Shown here: piece by piece, positions 61,841-64,000 of the stretch
Position numbering within the stretch: position 1 is the first letter of the stretch
How the letters are laid out: each line of letters opens with the position of its first letter
DNA from: Felis catus
Taxonomy: Eukaryota
Direction: 5' to 3'
DNA length: 64,000 bases
NCBI RefSeq assembly: GCF_018350175.1
Contig: NC_058369.1
Span: 14,820,001 to 14,884,000, forward strand
Notes under the pieces: generated by a model
Seen by the model: only the letters and a program-made list of their open reading frames with translations
Database searches by the model: none
What the model was told of the DNA's origin: nothing
Translations under genes and position numbers: made by a program

Positions 61841-64000
61841 GCTGTGGTTTTTGGGGAGGGACGTCCATTAGCCTGAGGTGAATGGAGTCAATGCTTCCTT
61901 TGAAAGCCATAAAGCTATCTGCATGCTACGGCTTTTCTTCCCTTTCGCTCATAAAAGGTGTTAAAGGGAACAACAACAACAAAAAATCACGCTTTTTGTG
62001 GGGGGTGGGGCATGGGCACCTAGTCTACAAGCCCCTCCAGGCAGGGAGGGGAAAACGGGCAAACTCACGGGCAAACTCACGCCCAGGCCTGTGGGCCGCT
62101 AGGCCAGCATTTCTGGTCATGCCCTTCCGGTGTGTTTTGCTAAGGGAAGGCGCACATCTACGTGGCCCAGGTTCTGCAGGGGCGCTTCCGGCCTGGTGCC
62201 GGGCCCGGCGGTGTGTGGGAGCACGGAGAAGGCTTTGGTGCCACAAGCCTCGGAGCGGGCAGGGGCTCGCGATCGTGAGAGCCGTTGCTGGCCTTTCATT
62301 TGGGCTAGGTTCAAGTTTGATGCCACTATGACCACTTTGCAGACAAAAAAAAAAAAAAAAAAAAGAAAGGAAGAAAGAAACAAACAAATCAATGACCACT
62401 CTGGCGCTGTGAGTCTTGCCAGTCTGGGAGGTCAAGAAGCCACCCTGCTTAGCGGCGCTGGCAAGGCAGACCTGAGAAGGTCCACCGGGAGTAAGAGACC
62501 GTGGCGGGGGAGGGGAGAAGCCACCACAGAGGAGGAAGGAAAGGGATTAGTAAAGGTTAGAGGGGCTGCCTGGACAGACAGCCAGCCCCAGGCACGGCAA
62601 ACGGCTTCCTAGTGCTCCCTTGGGAAGAAGTGGGGCCAGGGGCCACCTGGTGGTTGTCCAGAGCTATCCCCCCCCCCCAAAGTCTCCCGGGGAGAGTAGG
62701 CTGGGGAGGAAGAGTTCCCTCCCTTCTCCCCCCTTCCCATGGAGCTGGTGAGCAGGCAGGGCCTGAGGGCGGAACTGGAGAGAAGCAGCCTGGCGGGAGC
62801 CTGGCCGAGCGTCTGGCTGGAGCAGCTGGCTGCCTGGTCTCTGGTGAGGAGGAGGAGTAGGGAGGAGCCTGAGGGGCCAGCCTAAGTGAAGCCTCCATTC
62901 CTGGCCAGGGACTGGGTGGATGCAGGTGGAGGGGAAGGCATCCCTTCCCAAGCGGGGCCCTTCCTTCTTTTCTCCTTTCCTTCCCAACACAGTCCCCTTC
63001 AGGAAAGGCCCTGAAGGGGGAGAACGACTAGGGCCCGGGCTGTGTGAGCTTTCCTTCGGGCTCCCCCACACCACGGCCTGTGGGGCCTGGCAGCATCCAA
63101 CAGGGGGCGGGCCGGGCCGGTCACCTCTGGGGTCCCTGCAGGTCTTATGCAGAGAAGTTGGCTGCATTTACTGCTTGGACACACAGCTGGAACTATACCA
63201 TGGGCTACTATTTTGAAAGAAACTCTTACAATGACGCTATCTCTTATAAAGGATAAAAAAGTTGCCGAGAGCCCCCCAAGCCCCCACATTCTACACCGCC
63301 AGGGACCCCCACGATCTAAACGATGTTGCCTTGGCTGCCGGGAGGGTAAACGCCTGATTTTCCACGCCCGCAGGGAGGGGCCTAGGCAGCAGGGGCAGGG
63401 AGTGTGTCTTCCTATGAGCCACCACCTGAGGCTGACTAGTCAGCAGGCCCAGAGCCGCCCCGGAGGGCCCGTAGATGACCGAGGCTGGCCACCTGAGGGG
63501 GGACCTTGGGAAGGCAGGAATAGTGGCGGGAGGGACCTACGACCTGGGGCCCCTCGTCTGGAACCCAAAGCCGAAAAAGGAAGAAACGCCCACATCACAG
63601 CAATGGATTGACCACCTTGAGGCTTTGGACACTTAGGACAGTCAGGAGGCGGTGTCGTCCGTGGCGCCGGGTGAGTGGGCCTCAGTCCTGCCCAGCCAGC
63701 TGCCTGAAAGTTCCCAGAGGTGGGGCTGTGGGTAGGGTGGAGGTAGGGGTGGGGTGTGGGGAGAAGGCAAACGGCGAGCTGGGCCAGAGCTGGGCCAGGC
63801 AGAGGTACCTAGAGGCCAGGTGAGAGCCCCTGCCCACCGCTCGGCGGGGTCTGAGGCAGGCTGATTCCTGACTCTGCCCTCTGGACCTGCTCCTGAAGTC
63901 ACCTCCTGTGGGAAATTGACCCCGCCCGTGCCAGCTAAGGCACCCTTCCTTTGTCCATCATCCTCTCTGCAGGCCTAGGGCCGTCGGGTGGGAAGGATGT

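Noticed and set aside
56730..62081. Short direct repeats (AGACTCAACTGAGG x2, CGGGCAAACTCAC x2)
   Set aside because: Isolated two-copy duplications with no array structure; not CRISPR-like, and the sequence is mammalian

Overview
Mammalian genomic DNA, almost certainly from a felid, judged from abundant feline-type Can-SINEs. The gene order matches the human KIF15-TMEM42-TGM4-ZDHHC3 block. (1) The last 19 coding exons of KIF15 lie on + (3669-30561) and splice into one open frame of 731 aa plus stop. (2) TMEM42 is complete on + (3 exons, 33851-37148, 159 aa) with a CpG-island promoter carrying two TCACGTGA E-boxes. (3) At about 46.0-52.3 kb there is a colinear series of frameshifted, deletion-riddled exon remnants matching prostate transglutaminase TGM4, i.e. 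a unitary pseudogene whose catalytic Cys codon appears destroyed. (4) On - there is an intact ZDHHC3-type terminal exon (52879-52622) that differs from the canonical last exon, plus probable ZDHHC3 3' UTR and poly(A) signals toward the right end. KIF15 introns hold a full-length GAPDH processed pseudogene, an ERV solo LTR with a 22-bp duplication, and a hAT-Charlie fossil containing an intron-retaining tRNA-Leu(CAA)-derived pseudogene. Gene and repeat identities come from recalled sequences, not from database searches. I found no convincing evidence of a wholly new biological system; the best leads are the TGM4 relic, the alternative ZDHHC3 C-terminal exon and the tRNA copy.
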